DNA of 64,000 nucleotides from Glaucostegus cemiculus. Lineage: Eukaryota. Position 1 is the stretch's first letter. The number at the start of each line of letters is the position of its first letter. This document shows, in pieces, positions 1 through 12,280 of this stretch. The notes under the pieces were generated by a model, which saw nothing but the letters and a program-made list of their open reading frames with translations, was not told the DNA's origin and ran no database searches. Both the position numbers and the translations under genes were made by a program. The stretch is from NCBI GenBank assembly GCA_976551045.1, contig CDPCPM010000007.1:13206001-13270000 (forward strand), in the 5' to 3' direction.

Positions 1-439
1 ACAATATTTGTCAAGGTTAGGTGGGTGTATGACTTGGAGGGCAACCCGGAAGTGACAGTTTTCTTATGAACCTACTGTCCAAGTGCTCCAACCTGTGGAG
101 GTCGTGGTTTTAGGAAGGGTTGCCAAAAAAGTGTCTCCAGGCTTAACAGAACATCCTTTATTGAACACAGTAAGTTCTAAATTAAATATGTAGCAAAGTC
201 ATACCACAAAGTACACAGAGTTCTTAATGAATCCTTATTCTACATATAATATGTTGCTTTTCTTTGAAGAAAATAAAGCCATTCAAACCTTTAACTATAT
301 ACACATGCAAGCATAGAAATTCATACAAAAGATTGAATATGTACAAGTTGTTATCAACTCAACAATTTATAAATTCAATCAATTTATTGGTCACTTCAAG
401 ATTGCCTAAATTGCAAAGGTGCATTTAAAAATCCCTTAG

Positions 440-2560
440 GTGTCCATTCCAGATACCCTCAATTCTTCAGGATCCCCTTCTCCAGCAGGCTGCATCATCC
501 ATTGGAATTTAGCTTCCCTAATCCACCTGACTCACATCCTGCCTGGTGATAGCAGGATCCTGGAGTCTATTCTGCAATTCAAATTCGTGAAATTTATAGG
601 CTACCTAAAAGATGTTGGATGGTATGGAGATGTCAAGCTCTGTTCAGAATCCTTTAGAGTGATCAAATGTAACAAACTGAGCCAACCTGACCTGTGGACC
701 ACAGTCAGAAATTAGCTCCTTGGGGAGGTCATGCATTGCAAAACCTGACCTCAGAAACTCTTTGATGCACCTCAAAAGACAACACTTCCAACCACTTCAA
801 GTGGCTATCAACCGGCAAGTAAGAAAGAATTCATTCCCATCTGAAAGAAATCAAAGAGTAAGAACTGTGGGCAGTCATGGTCCCAAGTCATGAGACACCT
901 GATGGTTCTCACCAGATCTTTGATGACCTGATCAGTCCAAGGCCATTACACAACCTCTGATTAGAACCTTCACGTGGAAGATTTCTATGTGATTGACATG
1001 GGCACCCTTCAGTAGGCATAAGATGCTGGAAATTCTCAGGTTAGGCAACAGCTCAGTCATTCTGCCTGACATGTTCAGTGTTTCCAGCACTTGCTGTCTT
1101 CATTTCAGTTTTTCGTCAACTTCAGGTTTCTGCTTTTTTATTACTGCCACTTTCCCCTGATCTCCTTAGTCACACCCATCTCTCAATCCATCTGATGTTG
1201 TACCTATTCACCTATTGCAAAGGAACATATTTAAAATGGCCTTTTTGAACATGTTCTGCTTTCACTAGAAATTAATCATTACCTACAAGTAATATAAATG
1301 TTTCCTGTTCCAAATCATGAGGCTGTTGCAATAATACACCTGCTGAAGCATTCTGCTCAACGTGTTCAATAACATAGTCCAGAGTGACAAAAAGAAAGCC
1401 AATTGTGGTATAGCTAGTAAGTTCTCCACAGCTCTTCTCCCCAGTATCATGGTTCCCTTTTGTGCAATAATTTGTGAAAGAGACTCAATATGGTGGCCGA
1501 ACTTGGTAGAAGTTTCAAATAATCCTGAAGCACCTTGAGGGAAGAACAAAGCTCAGTGATATTAGTTGCACCTCTTACTTTCAGCAGAGTTATCATCTTT
1601 TCCTGGATAGCTATTAGAGCTGCTGCTTTATAGCTCCAGTGACTGGGTTCAATCCTGACCTCTGGTGTTATCAATATGGAGTGTGCATGTTTTCCCTGTG
1701 ACCATGTGGGTTTCCTCCAGGTGCTCTGGTTTTCTCCCATATTACAAAGATATATTGGTTGGTAGGTAGGTTAATTGTCCACTGTAAATTGCTCCTAGTG
1801 TGCAGGTAAGAGGTAGAGTCTTGGGTTGGGGGGAGGGGGTAGTAATTGATAGGAAAGCAATAAGAATAGAAATAGAGGGTTAGTGTGCATGGGCGCTATG
1901 CCAAGCAAAACATGGTATTGAGCCTTTGCTGGTCCATTCTGATTTGCAAAACTTTGCAATTGCATTGTCATGCCTCTCACTATGGGGGGGGGGGGGGGGG
2001 TGGGTGAGAGGTAATTAATGAGAAAGCAAGGATTCAATGGGCTGAAGGACATGTTTCCATGCTATATGACTCTATAACTGTTGCAGCAAGCCGCATCAGT
2101 AACTTGGTTAGTGATTCATTTAATGAAGCCTTACCTCCAGTGTAGAAGGACCTGCAACGTAGCTTAGAGCAATTATTGTCACTGGGGCTCCCCCAGCTGG
2201 CTATTGGAGTATTATGTTGTTGGTATCAATTTGAGTGTAGACAAAGGCATTCAATTCGCATTGGGCACTATTATTTTGTAGACTCATTATAAGAAGCATC
2301 TCTTCGACCCCTGTTGATCTTCAGGCTCTGCCTCATGGCCCTTAGGCTCAGGAATTCATTGCCGATCTTCTCCCAAAACCACTTGTTGATTTGGATAATG
2401 TTTAAGTAGCTGACAGTCACTTCTGAAGGGGATAGTCAGCTTTCTTTATATCAGCAGAATACCCCTTTAAAGTGCCAAGTAATCCAAAAGAACCAAGTGC
2501 AATTTACTCCAAGTTGTACCGCGACAGCTCTGTTACCTCTTAGATTGTCCTTATGAGCTC
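440..2560 (-). mobile_element. Degraded Gypsy/Ty3 LTR-retrotransposon pol relic (RT end to integrase), interrupted by later repeats
   Basis: Minus-strand fragments appear in Gypsy order: ATNITELCSSLKVLQDYLKLLPSSATILSLFHKLLHK (post-RT connection, ~1450-1600), V*WPWTDQVIKDLVRT, YLPVDSHLKWLEV, MHDLPKELISDCGPQ and TSPYHPTS (integrase core, ~600-950). Many stops. The 2080-2560 part is much weaker. Confidence 0.7.
1612..2078 (+). mobile_element. Older tRNA-derived V-SINE-like element inserted in the Gypsy relic
   Basis: B-box-like gggttcaatcc, central gtgggtttcctccaggtgctctggttttctcccat, and CR1-like 3' tail gggctgaaggacatgtttccatgctatatgactcta. Contains a long G run. Confidence 0.75.
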
Positions 2561-5362
2561 CAATTTATGTTGAGAATGACAGAAATGGGCACAACATTAA
2601 TAATTACTTCATTAGTTGTACACTTGATGCTGGAATAATGTCAGATGTTAACATGAATCATAGCTGGAAGTATTGGTCTAATTTTCCATCTGGTGAGATT
2701 TAACCCAGAAATGGTCAATAATGTGCTTTACTGTAGAGAAGAATGATACATTTGGTGCCTACTTTTAGATACAAAAATCTAATTTATAGACAGCTCTCAT
2801 CAACATTTGGAGTCAACCACTTAGGATACAAGGACAATGGCTGATCTTCTCCTCATTGGGAAGGAGTTCCAAAATGGCAATAGCTGTATACTTTGAGTTA
2901 ACCTATTCACTGCTTGCTGCTTTCCTACTTGATCAAATGGGGTTGTGCAGCAGAATAATGGCTACTACTAAATAAATGTATTAAAAATTTGATAGTACAG
3001 TTTAAGTAGTAATTTTCTTCAAACTGAGGTAAACTATAGATATACTTTAATTGGATTTTCTTGGAAACATTGTGCAAGAACATCTTTAATGTTGCTTTCA
3101 TACTGATAGGTATACACCCAATTGCAAAAACCTCCCAAACCTCTCTCACCACCCCTACTCTTTCACTTGCTTGTATGGCAGACAGCATTTCTTCTAATGA
3201 AACATATTATCACCTAAAATTGGTCAAGAACATCTGAAAAACATGGGGATAACACATGTGAATACTAATTTTTACTTTAAGTTTTATATAATCATCCTAT
3301 GAGAGATTCCTGTGCTCAGTTCCATGAAATGTTCTTAGAGGGTATCTCTGTGTAACCACTTAAGACCATCAATCCTAACCCATTTTTTCAAGATTTGCTG
3401 CAACTGAATTTGAGCTTGCTGACCATACTAATGAGTAAAAATATAAATATTACTGGTGAAATAAAGAGAAGCATTATGAGAGTACAAATCTGTTAACTAC
3501 AGAAACCATTCAGCTAGCATTTGGTAGGAAGCTTCTTCAAAATATATCAGAGCTGTCAGATTTCCAAAGGGAAGTAATTACTGGGACTCAGTTGTCTGGA
3601 AAGCCACAAAGAAGCTTATCTGGCATCACTTTGCATTCCATCACACTAATAAAGTGTTCTCCAGGGGGAAGATAGAGTGAAATGGGAAATCATACCTTAG
3701 CCCACTGCATGAAATGCTTTCACCCTGAAGTGGCAGTACACACCAAGAAGTTTTTTTTATATGAAACCACTGATTCACAGAATGGATTTTAAAAACTTTC
3801 CATTCATCCTTTGCTGTTGGGTTTGACTTCAGCCAGACTGATGAAAGCCTCCATTCTCATTGATGGGCATAATATCTGATGTGAAATTAATTTAAGCTGT
3901 CTCCAACTCAGTTCTGAGTTGTAATCTTTTTCCTAAACCTTTTATTTGCTGTATTTTAAATCTATTATGAACAAATGCAACTTATGAACTAAGATGAGCA
4001 AAGATACAAAAAAAATGGAAAAAGTCAACAGTCACATTGAGTGTATCAGAATTCCAATATTGCAGCAACATCAGCATTTAAATGCATCAGGAATATGATG
4101 GATTAAAGGATGATTTAGCCAATGCTTTCAAGGTTCAAGAGGAACTGATAAAAATATTTGAAGAAAGAAGTCCAAAGGTCTAGTAATCAAAATTATTGAA
4201 GGATTTGTAGCAAAGACACAATATTGAAGACAGGGCTCAGATTAGTCATAACCACTGAATGGTAGAACAGGCTAGAGAAGCTAAGTAGCCACATCCATTT
4301 TCATTGCTCCCAAAAATTTACAAATCTGAAATGATTGAAGCACGTTTAAACCAATCAAAAACAACATGACAAGGACAAAGCCAAATACAGCTGCAAGAGG
4401 GAATTGTAGACACTGTAAGTAAATAGAAGTTGGAACAAGAGTACTGATTCACAAAAGTTATACAAAGAATTTTTGAAATAGCAATTTTCAAAGCACTGAA
4501 GGATCAGCCCAACAATAGGAAATGGGTAAATAAAGAATACTTGTTGAAAAATAATAACTACAATTAGACAAAAAATCTCAAGAGACATACACAGGTACAA
4601 TAAACGTATTACCTGGAGCAAGTTCACCAACTTCCTTTATGTTGATTAGAGAAAGGCAAAGAAAATGCTCCTCTAAGACTAATCTCAAAGAAGAACCAAA
4701 GTATAATTACGACATTCAGAAAGGACCATTTCCTCTTGTACAAACATTCAAGTGACAGATGGTGCAGAAACTCCATAGATTAGTAGGGCTGAAAGCAAAT
4801 CTCATCTGTCTGCTAAGAAGTTACATACTGGTGCCAAATATGTGGATTAGTGAAGTCTGTTATCTTCACTGTCTCTAAATTGTCTGTCTGTTTGTTCAAC
4901 ACCCAGGGTAGACAAGCAGAAATTTCTTCCAACTAAATATCAGGAAGACAAAAAACAATTACTTTCACACCACAAATTCCCCTTGCCACTGTCTCCATCT
5001 CTCTCCCTAGCAACTGTATGAGATAAAATTAGACTGTTTGCTGATTGATATTATATTTGATCCTGAGATGACCTTCCAATCACATAACCACAGCTTTACT
5101 ACGATTACCTATTTCCACCAGAATAACATTGGCCAACTCTGTTCGTGCTTTTCGGCTTTTGCTGAAGTCTCCACATCTGCGTTCCTTATGTCCAGACATA
5201 ATTATTCCAGCGCACTCCTAAATGGCCTCAATCTCTCACCATCTATAAACTTAACAAACTGAAAACTCTATTCTTCATGTTCTAATTCACACCAATGCCC
5301 ATTGGTCCATCAGTTCCAAGCCCAATTACCTGCACTTTTTCCCAGTTAAACACCACCTTATT

Positions 5363-6130
5363 TGAACATACAAATTAGGAGAATGAGGAGGCCACTGGGT
5401 CCCTCAAGGCTGCTCCGCCATTTAATAAAAATCATGGTTCATTTGATTACAGCCAAAACCCAGTATTCCCAACCACCCATGATAACCTTTCACTCCCTTG
5501 TTTATATAAAATCGTCTACCTCTGCCAATAAAACTATTTTAAGACACTATTTCTACCACCCATTGAAAAATGGAGATCCAAAGATTCTCAACAGTTTGAC
5601 AGAAGAAAGTTTCACCTCATCACTGCCTTAAATGGATGACACTTTATTTTCAAACAGCGATTCTCATACAAGAATAAACATTCTCTTAAAATCCACCCCA
5701 CCAGGATTCCTTGGGATTCTAAGTGTTTCACTTAAGTCACCTTTCATTTCTCCAAATCTCCTGCTCATACAAGGATAGCCTGGACAATCTTTTCTCAAAG
5801 CACGTCTTGCCTATTTCAGGTATTAGTCAAGTAAACCTTCTATGAAATGCTTTGAATGTAATTACTTCCTTTCTAAAATAAAGAGGATGTTACTGCACAT
5901 AGTACACTGATGTGGTCTCATTAATGCCAATAACTAAAGCTTACCTTCTCTACTTTTGCATTCAATTCCTTCAGCAATAAAGCCTGCCGTTCTACATTGC
6001 GTAACTACTTGCTGTATCTGCATAACAGCTTTTTGCAAATCAAACAGTAGAACTCCCAAATCCCTCCACATCTGAGAGTTCTGCAATCTTTTATCATTTA
6101 GATAATATTTTTTTTTTTATTTTCTCAGCC
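5363..6130 (-). mobile_element. Old CR1 LINE 3' fragment
   Basis: Resembles the 3' end and ORF2 C-terminus of the younger CR1 copies in this window (aggaggccac..ggccc, gatgtggtctca). No intact ORF. Confidence 0.6.
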
Positions 6131-6139
6131 AAACAGTAG

Positions 6140-7390
6140 CCCCCTCTGCAACTCTAAACCATCCTTGACTTCCTTATCAGGAGACCACAGTTAATGCTGA
6201 TTGGTAATAATATCTTCTCCTCACTGACAATTAACATGGGCGCACCTCAAGCATGTGTGCTTAGCCCACTACTCTACTCTCCCTACACTCATGACTGTGT
6301 GGCTAAGCATAGGTCAAATGCCATCTATAAACTCACCAGTGACATCACTGTTATCGGTAGAACATCAGATGGTAAAGAGGAGGCACACAGGAGTGAGATA
6401 GATCGGTTGGTTAAGTGGTGTTGCAGCAACAACCTGACATTCAATGTTAGCAAGATGAAGGAATTGATTGTGGACTTCAGGAAAGGGAAGTCGGGATAAC
6501 ACACAGCAGTCCTCATTGAGGGGTCAGCGGTGGAAAGGGTGAGCAGCTTCAAGTTTTTTTTTATTTTACAGCATGGTAACAGGCCCTTTCGGCCCAACGA
6601 GTCCGCACCGCCCATTTTCAACCCCCAAATTAACCTACCCGTACGTCTTTAGAATGTGGGAGGAAACCGGAGCACCCGGAGGAAACCCACGCAGACGCGG
6701 GAGAATGTACAAACTCCTTACAGTCAGTGACGGGAATCGAATCCCAATCGCTGGCGCTGTAACAGCATTGCGCTAACCGGTACGCTATCGTGCCGCCCCT
6801 GGGCATCAACATCTTGGAGGATCTATCCTAGGCCCAACACACTGTTGCAAGCAAGAAGGCACATCAGCAGCTCTACTTTGTTAAGAGTTTGAGGAGATTC
6901 ACCAAAGACTCTCATAATTTCTCTAGATGTACAGTGGAGAGCATTCTGACTGGTTACATCACAGCCTGGGATGGAGGCTCCAATGCACAGGATCACAAGA
7001 GGCTGCAGGGGGCTATAGACTCAGCCAGCTCAACCATGGGAACAATCCTCCCACCTCTGAGGACATCTTCAAGAGGCAGTGCTTCAAGAAGGCAGCACCC
7101 ATCACGAAGGACCCTCACCATCTGGGACACAGCCCCTTCTCATTACTATCATCAGGGAAGAGTCACAGGAGCCTGAAGATCCACACTCAATAACACAAAC
7201 AGCTTCTTCCCTCCCACCATCAGATTTCTGAATGATCCATGAATCCATGATCACTACCTTGTTATTCCTTTTGTTTGTAGTGTTTCTTTATTTTTGTAAT
7301 TTATAGTAATTTTATCTTTGCACTGTACTGCTGTGGCAAAACAAATTTCACATCATAAATCAGTGATAATAAATCTCATTCTAATTCTGA
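6140..7390 (+). mobile_element. Rex1/Babar-type non-LTR retrotransposon, 5'-truncated, split by a SINE
   Basis: RT motifs [54 protein letters not shown] and KDPHHLGH..LLSSG. AATAAA then a ttctaattctga tail. Confidence 0.85.
6556..6798 (-). mobile_element. Young tRNA-derived V-SINE (HE1-like)
   Basis: Near-identical to the copies at 15095 and 27610. A/B boxes, CpG-rich. Inserted between aagtt and cctgggcatc of the Rex1 SFKFLGIN codons. Confidence 0.9.
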
Positions 7391-8544
7391 CAATTTCATA
7401 TTTTCCCTTCTAATTTCATTTCTTCCAGTTATTAGCACTTTCAGTTAAACTATCTATCTTTTTTTGTGGCCTCTCAATGTCCTCTTCACAATTTTCTTTC
7501 TTTGTGTCATTAGCAAATTTAGCAACCAAATTTTCTGCTAGAGAGCAGAGAGTCGAAGTCTGAGGGTATTAAGGAAAAGGCAGTAATAAGCAAGGTTCAA
7601 ACTATTTCCACTGAATTGATACTTACAAGCAGTAATTGATTTTAAAATCACAAGATGCAGTGGAATAAATAAAGATTGCTCTCTCTTAGAACTGCAGCTG
7701 AGGATGTTATACAGCAGATGGCCATTTGACACAACTAGTCTGGAAACTGAGCACTGTATTTATATAGACAATGACTGGTTCCTCAAAGTGTACATGTATA
7801 TTGATATATTTGCTCAGTATTGAGTAAGATCAAATGGGACATGACCATGAGGTATTCTGGGATGATTGGCCAAATGTACAGTGAACAGAATGGGCCACAT
7901 TGAGACAGATGAGACGAAGAGGTGTGGTAACTGGATTCCAATCAACTTCTTGACAGACAAAGCAGAACTCCAATCCAAAACAACTGATGAGACCAGGATA
8001 GAGGGAGTATAATAGAGACCAGGTGGCTAAGAACAGCTATCAATAGAAAGGAACATTAGATAAATGAGTCAGACGTGGGAAATATCAGACATTTTAAATT
8101 CAAGGCGTTTGGCACCATTGAAGCACAAATACCCTCTGTCTGAAACTGATGATAGGACCTTAGGAAGTGTCAGATAGCTAAATTACCATGTAAGCTCTCT
8201 AGAAATGGTCATGATCATATTTGATAGGTTGTCAACCTCTTGTCATATATTATCATTGGAACTAAAAAGTATAAAACTCAATATATTTTGATTCGCCGTG
8301 TGTTTCTTCCACCTGATTTCATCTTCATGTATGCTGGCACAGGAATTTATTGAATAAAGATACATTATATTTGCAGTGCCGGGCCAAGTTGCTCTTCAAA
8401 CATAAAATCTTCCGTGCCTTCAGCCAAGTCATTTACATAAATGATAATCAGTTGAGACCTGAGCACTGATCCCTGTGTCACACACTTGTCGTATCTTGCC
8501 AACCTGAAAAAGAGTTTGTTCTTAACTCTGTTTATCTTTCCATA

Positions 8545-9370
8545 GATGCTACAAACAAGATGCTGGAGGAACTCAGGAGGTCAGGCAGCATCTCTGGAGG
8601 GAAATGGACAGTCAATGTTTTGGGTTGAGACCCTTCATCTGGACTGAAAGGTAGAGGGGACATAACCAGTACTAAGAGGTGAAAGGGAGGGGTGGAGCAA
8701 GAGCTCGCAAGTGATAGGTGTATGCAGGTGAGGAGGGCTGATGAAAACACATAGGAATTCTGATTGGGTACATTAGGAGGAGAGAGAAAAAGGAAAGAGG
8801 GGGAGCAGTTTACCTGAAATTGGAGAATTCAGTGTTCATGCTGTCAGGCTGTAGACTACCCAGGCAGAGTATGAGGTTCCTCCTACCCAGTTCCAACTAC
8901 ACCCATCCCAGCTGCCCATCACCCTGGTTCTTTTCCCTCCTCCATACAATCTGCCCATCACCTACACATTCCCTCCACTGCATCCCGTCCCCCTACTGTT
9001 GCCATCTGCCCACCCTACCTCCTTTATTTGGTGCCATGCTCCACCTTCCTTTCCCATCAGATTCCATTATCTGCAGCACTTTATCACCTCTACCTATCAT
9101 CTCCCAGCCTCTGTCACTATTTCCTCTCTTCCCTCCTCTATCTGCCTATCACCCCTTCTCACTTGGATCTACTTATCATTTGTTAGATCTTGGTCCACCC
9201 CTATCCTCCAGTCCAGATTAAAGGCCTTGACCCAAAACGTCAACTGATCATTTCCGGCTGAGTTCCTCCAACATCCTGTTAGTTGCTCCAGATTCCAGCA
9301 TCTGCAGTCTCTTGTATTTCCACAGATGCTACCAGATCCACTGAGTGTTTGCAGCATTTACTGTTTTTAT
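8545..9370. mobile_element. Penelope-like terminal-repeat pair in inverted orientation, each arm with a decayed hammerhead motif
   Basis: Left arm ctggaggaactcag..ggcagcatct..acccttcatctggactg is the reverse complement of right arm cagtccagatta..ctgagttcctccaac. Same family as 23135-24280, which retains GIY-YIG sequence. Confidence 0.75.
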
Positions 9371-9374
9371 TGAG

Positions 9375-9960
9375 GACCTATTTATACCAATTCCTTCTTT
9401 CCTGTTAGCCAACCAATCTTCTATCTGTGGCAATATGTTAGCTCATATACTGTGAGCTTTGATTTTCTGCAATTATCTTTCACATGGTGTCTTATCAAAT
9501 TCTTTTTAGAAATCTAAGTGTATTACATTGACCAGTTCCCTTAAAATCCATAGTGTGTACTACTTCTTCAGAGAACTCCAATAAATTGGTTAGATATGAT
9601 TTCCCTTTCACAAAGACCATGTTGACTTTGCCTGATTGCAATGAATTTTTCAAAGTGCCCTGCCTTTAATGATAGGTTTTAACATTTTCCCTATGACAGG
9701 TGTCAAGCTAATTAGCCTGTAGTTTCCCATTTTCCATCTCACTCCCTTTTTGACTATGAGAGTTAGATTTCCTATTTTCTAATAGAACTTGTCCTGAATC
9801 TAGGGAATTTTGGAAAATTAAAGCTAACAAGCTCATCAGCCACTTAAAAACCCTAGGCTGAAGTCCATCAAGATCCCAAAACATGTCAGACTTCAGTTCT
9901 AACAATTTGCTCAGTACCACTTCCCTGGTGATTATACTTTACTTAATTTCATTCCTCCCT
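9375..9960 (-). mobile_element. Old CR1 ORF2 (RT) fragment
   Basis: Minus-strand DGLQPRVFK and ALIFQNSLDSGQV, plus tcccttt cacaaag/ccatgttgac similar to the QHGFVKG motif. Confidence 0.7.
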
Positions 9961-10699
9961 CCCAATTCATGATATATAGATATTTCTGGAATGTTAAACA
10001 TAATATTTTTAATATGAAAACTGATGCAAAATGCATTATTATGTCTTATTTTGCATTATTAGTTCCCCTGTCTGACTTATACTACCAACAGTCATTTTCA
10101 CAATTATTGTTTCTCTTATTATTTAATTATCTTTAGAATAAAGTCTTTAAAAATGTCATCCTTGTTTTTAAAATTTCCCATGGCCTCACCATTCCTATTT
10201 TCCTAAGCTCCTCATCACCAGTGACTTCAAGGGATCTCTGGCCCATAACCACTCAAAGTGAAGCAGCAGCAGCATTTGTGAATGGATTCAGAAGTTCGAG
10301 TCCATGCATCAAAAACACACAGAAGTCCTACTTCAGTAGCAGAAGGAATAGACCACATTGCAAATTACTGACTTGTGTGCCCCATCAGACACCTCCTGCC
10401 TCACTTGTCAACGAGATGGCCATAAGGCTAATGTGGAGTGGAAGCCAGTCATCCTAGACACTGAAGGACTACCTAAGTAGAAGGAACACCTCAAGGCAAA
10501 AACCCTCCAGGTTTCTGCACTCTATCAGTTCTGCTCTCTAAATCATCCCCAACATTAATTACAGCATTTGACGGCCACCTCTTCAATCATCAGATGTTTG
10601 TTCTTGGATATCAGCTTCTTCTTCCTACTTTATGATGCTTCTTAAAAATTACTTTTACCACCTACCATAATAACTCCTTACCTAGATTAGTTGCTTGAC

Positions 10700-11060
10700 A
10701 ATGGTATTAATATTGGTTTATTATTGTCACTTGTACTGACGTACAGTGAAAAACTTGTCTTGAATACCGTTTGTACAGATCAATTCATTAGACAGTGCAC
10801 TTGAGGTAGTACAGGGTAAAGCAATAAAAGAATATAGATTAAAGTGTCACAGCTACAAGGAAGTGCATTGCAGGTAGACAATAAGGTGCAAGGTCATAAC
10901 AAGATAGATGTGAGGTCAAGAGTCCATCTCATCGTATAAGAGAACCATTCAATAGTCTTATCACAGTGGGATAGAAGTTGTCCTTGACCCTGGTGGTATG
11001 TGCCCTCAGGCTGCTGTATCTTCTGCCTGATGGGAGAGGGGAGAAGAGAGAATGCTCCTA
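10700..11060 (-). mobile_element. Rex1/Babar-type 3' end fragment
   Basis: Minus-strand SLLPS..R.. motif and cagcttctatccc-like segment, with tttatt (AATAAA on minus) near 10718. Confidence 0.65.
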
Positions 11061-11559
11061 CAAAGTATCTTGAGGCATTGCATATTGTTAAATATGCTAT
11101 ATTACTCATGTTATTGTTGAAATGTAGGTCAAAAGTTCCAGATATGGTCCCTCCAAAGCGAATTCAACATTAGGAAGACAAAATTCTGAGGCAAGTTGTA
11201 AAAATGTCCTGTGTCCGAACTCGAAATTTATACTTTGAACTATCTCCAAGTAGACTGCATGAAGATTTGAGCTAAGTCACATTATCAGCATTCCATTTCC
11301 ACTGAAGCACGATATCAACTGTAAACTATCACCCAAATTTGCCAACAAGATTTCAATGGGGCAAATTTATTCAATATAAACTTCAAATTGAAACATTCCT
11401 GGTGAGGCCACATTATTGTACGTATTCACTTAAATCATTTGAATGCCAAAACTGTTGAATATTTGAGACTTTGTATTTTGTGAGAAAGGTCATATTGGGA
11501 TATTTACAGTCCTCCCCCACCCCACCCCCAATATCTTTGTTGCTATATGAAATCAGATG

Positions 11560-12280
11560 TTTAACGTGAGGAAGTGTAAAGTCATGCACTTCAGCAAATG
11601 AGTGAAGTTCACAGGGATCCAGATGTTCTAGTGCATGAATCACAAAAAGTTATCAGGTAGGTTCAACAAGAGTTAAAAGCAAACAGCATGTTAACCTTTA
11701 TTGCAGAGGAATTCAAGAATGGGAAAGTTCTGTTTCAGTTGTACATGTGTCGGTGAAGCCACACCTGGAATATTGTGCTCAGTTTTGGTCCCCTTATCTA
11801 AAAAAGGATAAGGTAGTAATGGAGGCAGACCAGAGGGCAATCATCAGGCTAATTCCTGGGTTGAGAGGGCTGTCCTGTCAAGAGAGCCTAGAGGGTTTGT
11901 GTCTGTATTCTTTGACATTTAGAAGAATGAGTGATGACCTTATTCAAATGTACAAGATCCAGAGGGGAATTTGACAGATACTGAGACATTTTCACTACTG
12001 CGAGAGTCACGAACAAGGACATAGTTACAAAGCAAGGGACCAGTCATTTAGAACAGGTGGGAGGGCATTCTCTGCCCGAGAGTGGCAGAAGCCAGATCAT
12101 TAGATATACTTGGGCAGAGATAGATAAATATTTGAAACATCGAGGAATTGAGGGTTATGGGGGATCTAGTACAGAAGAGTCGAGGCAAGCATATATCAGC
12201 CATGATCATATTGAACGGCGGAGCAGGCTAGCGGGGTCTAGTGACCTACTCCAGCTTCAATTTTTTTTGTGTCCTTGTGT
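11560..12280 (+). mobile_element. Old CR1 LINE 3' fragment
   Basis: VKPHLEYCAQFWSPYLKKD..LYSLTFRRMSDDLIQMYKI is the CR1 ORF2 C-terminus. Confidence 0.85.

Noticed and set aside
1447-1740. 97-aa minus ORF resembling a terminal host exon
   Set aside because: The N-terminal half is antisense SINE sequence and the C-terminal half is a Gypsy pol connection region.
8820-9247. Pro/Ser/Leu-rich ORFs (also 23153-23642, 35718-36127)
   Set aside because: Translations of pyrimidine-rich Penelope-like UTR sequence. Low complexity suppresses stop codons.
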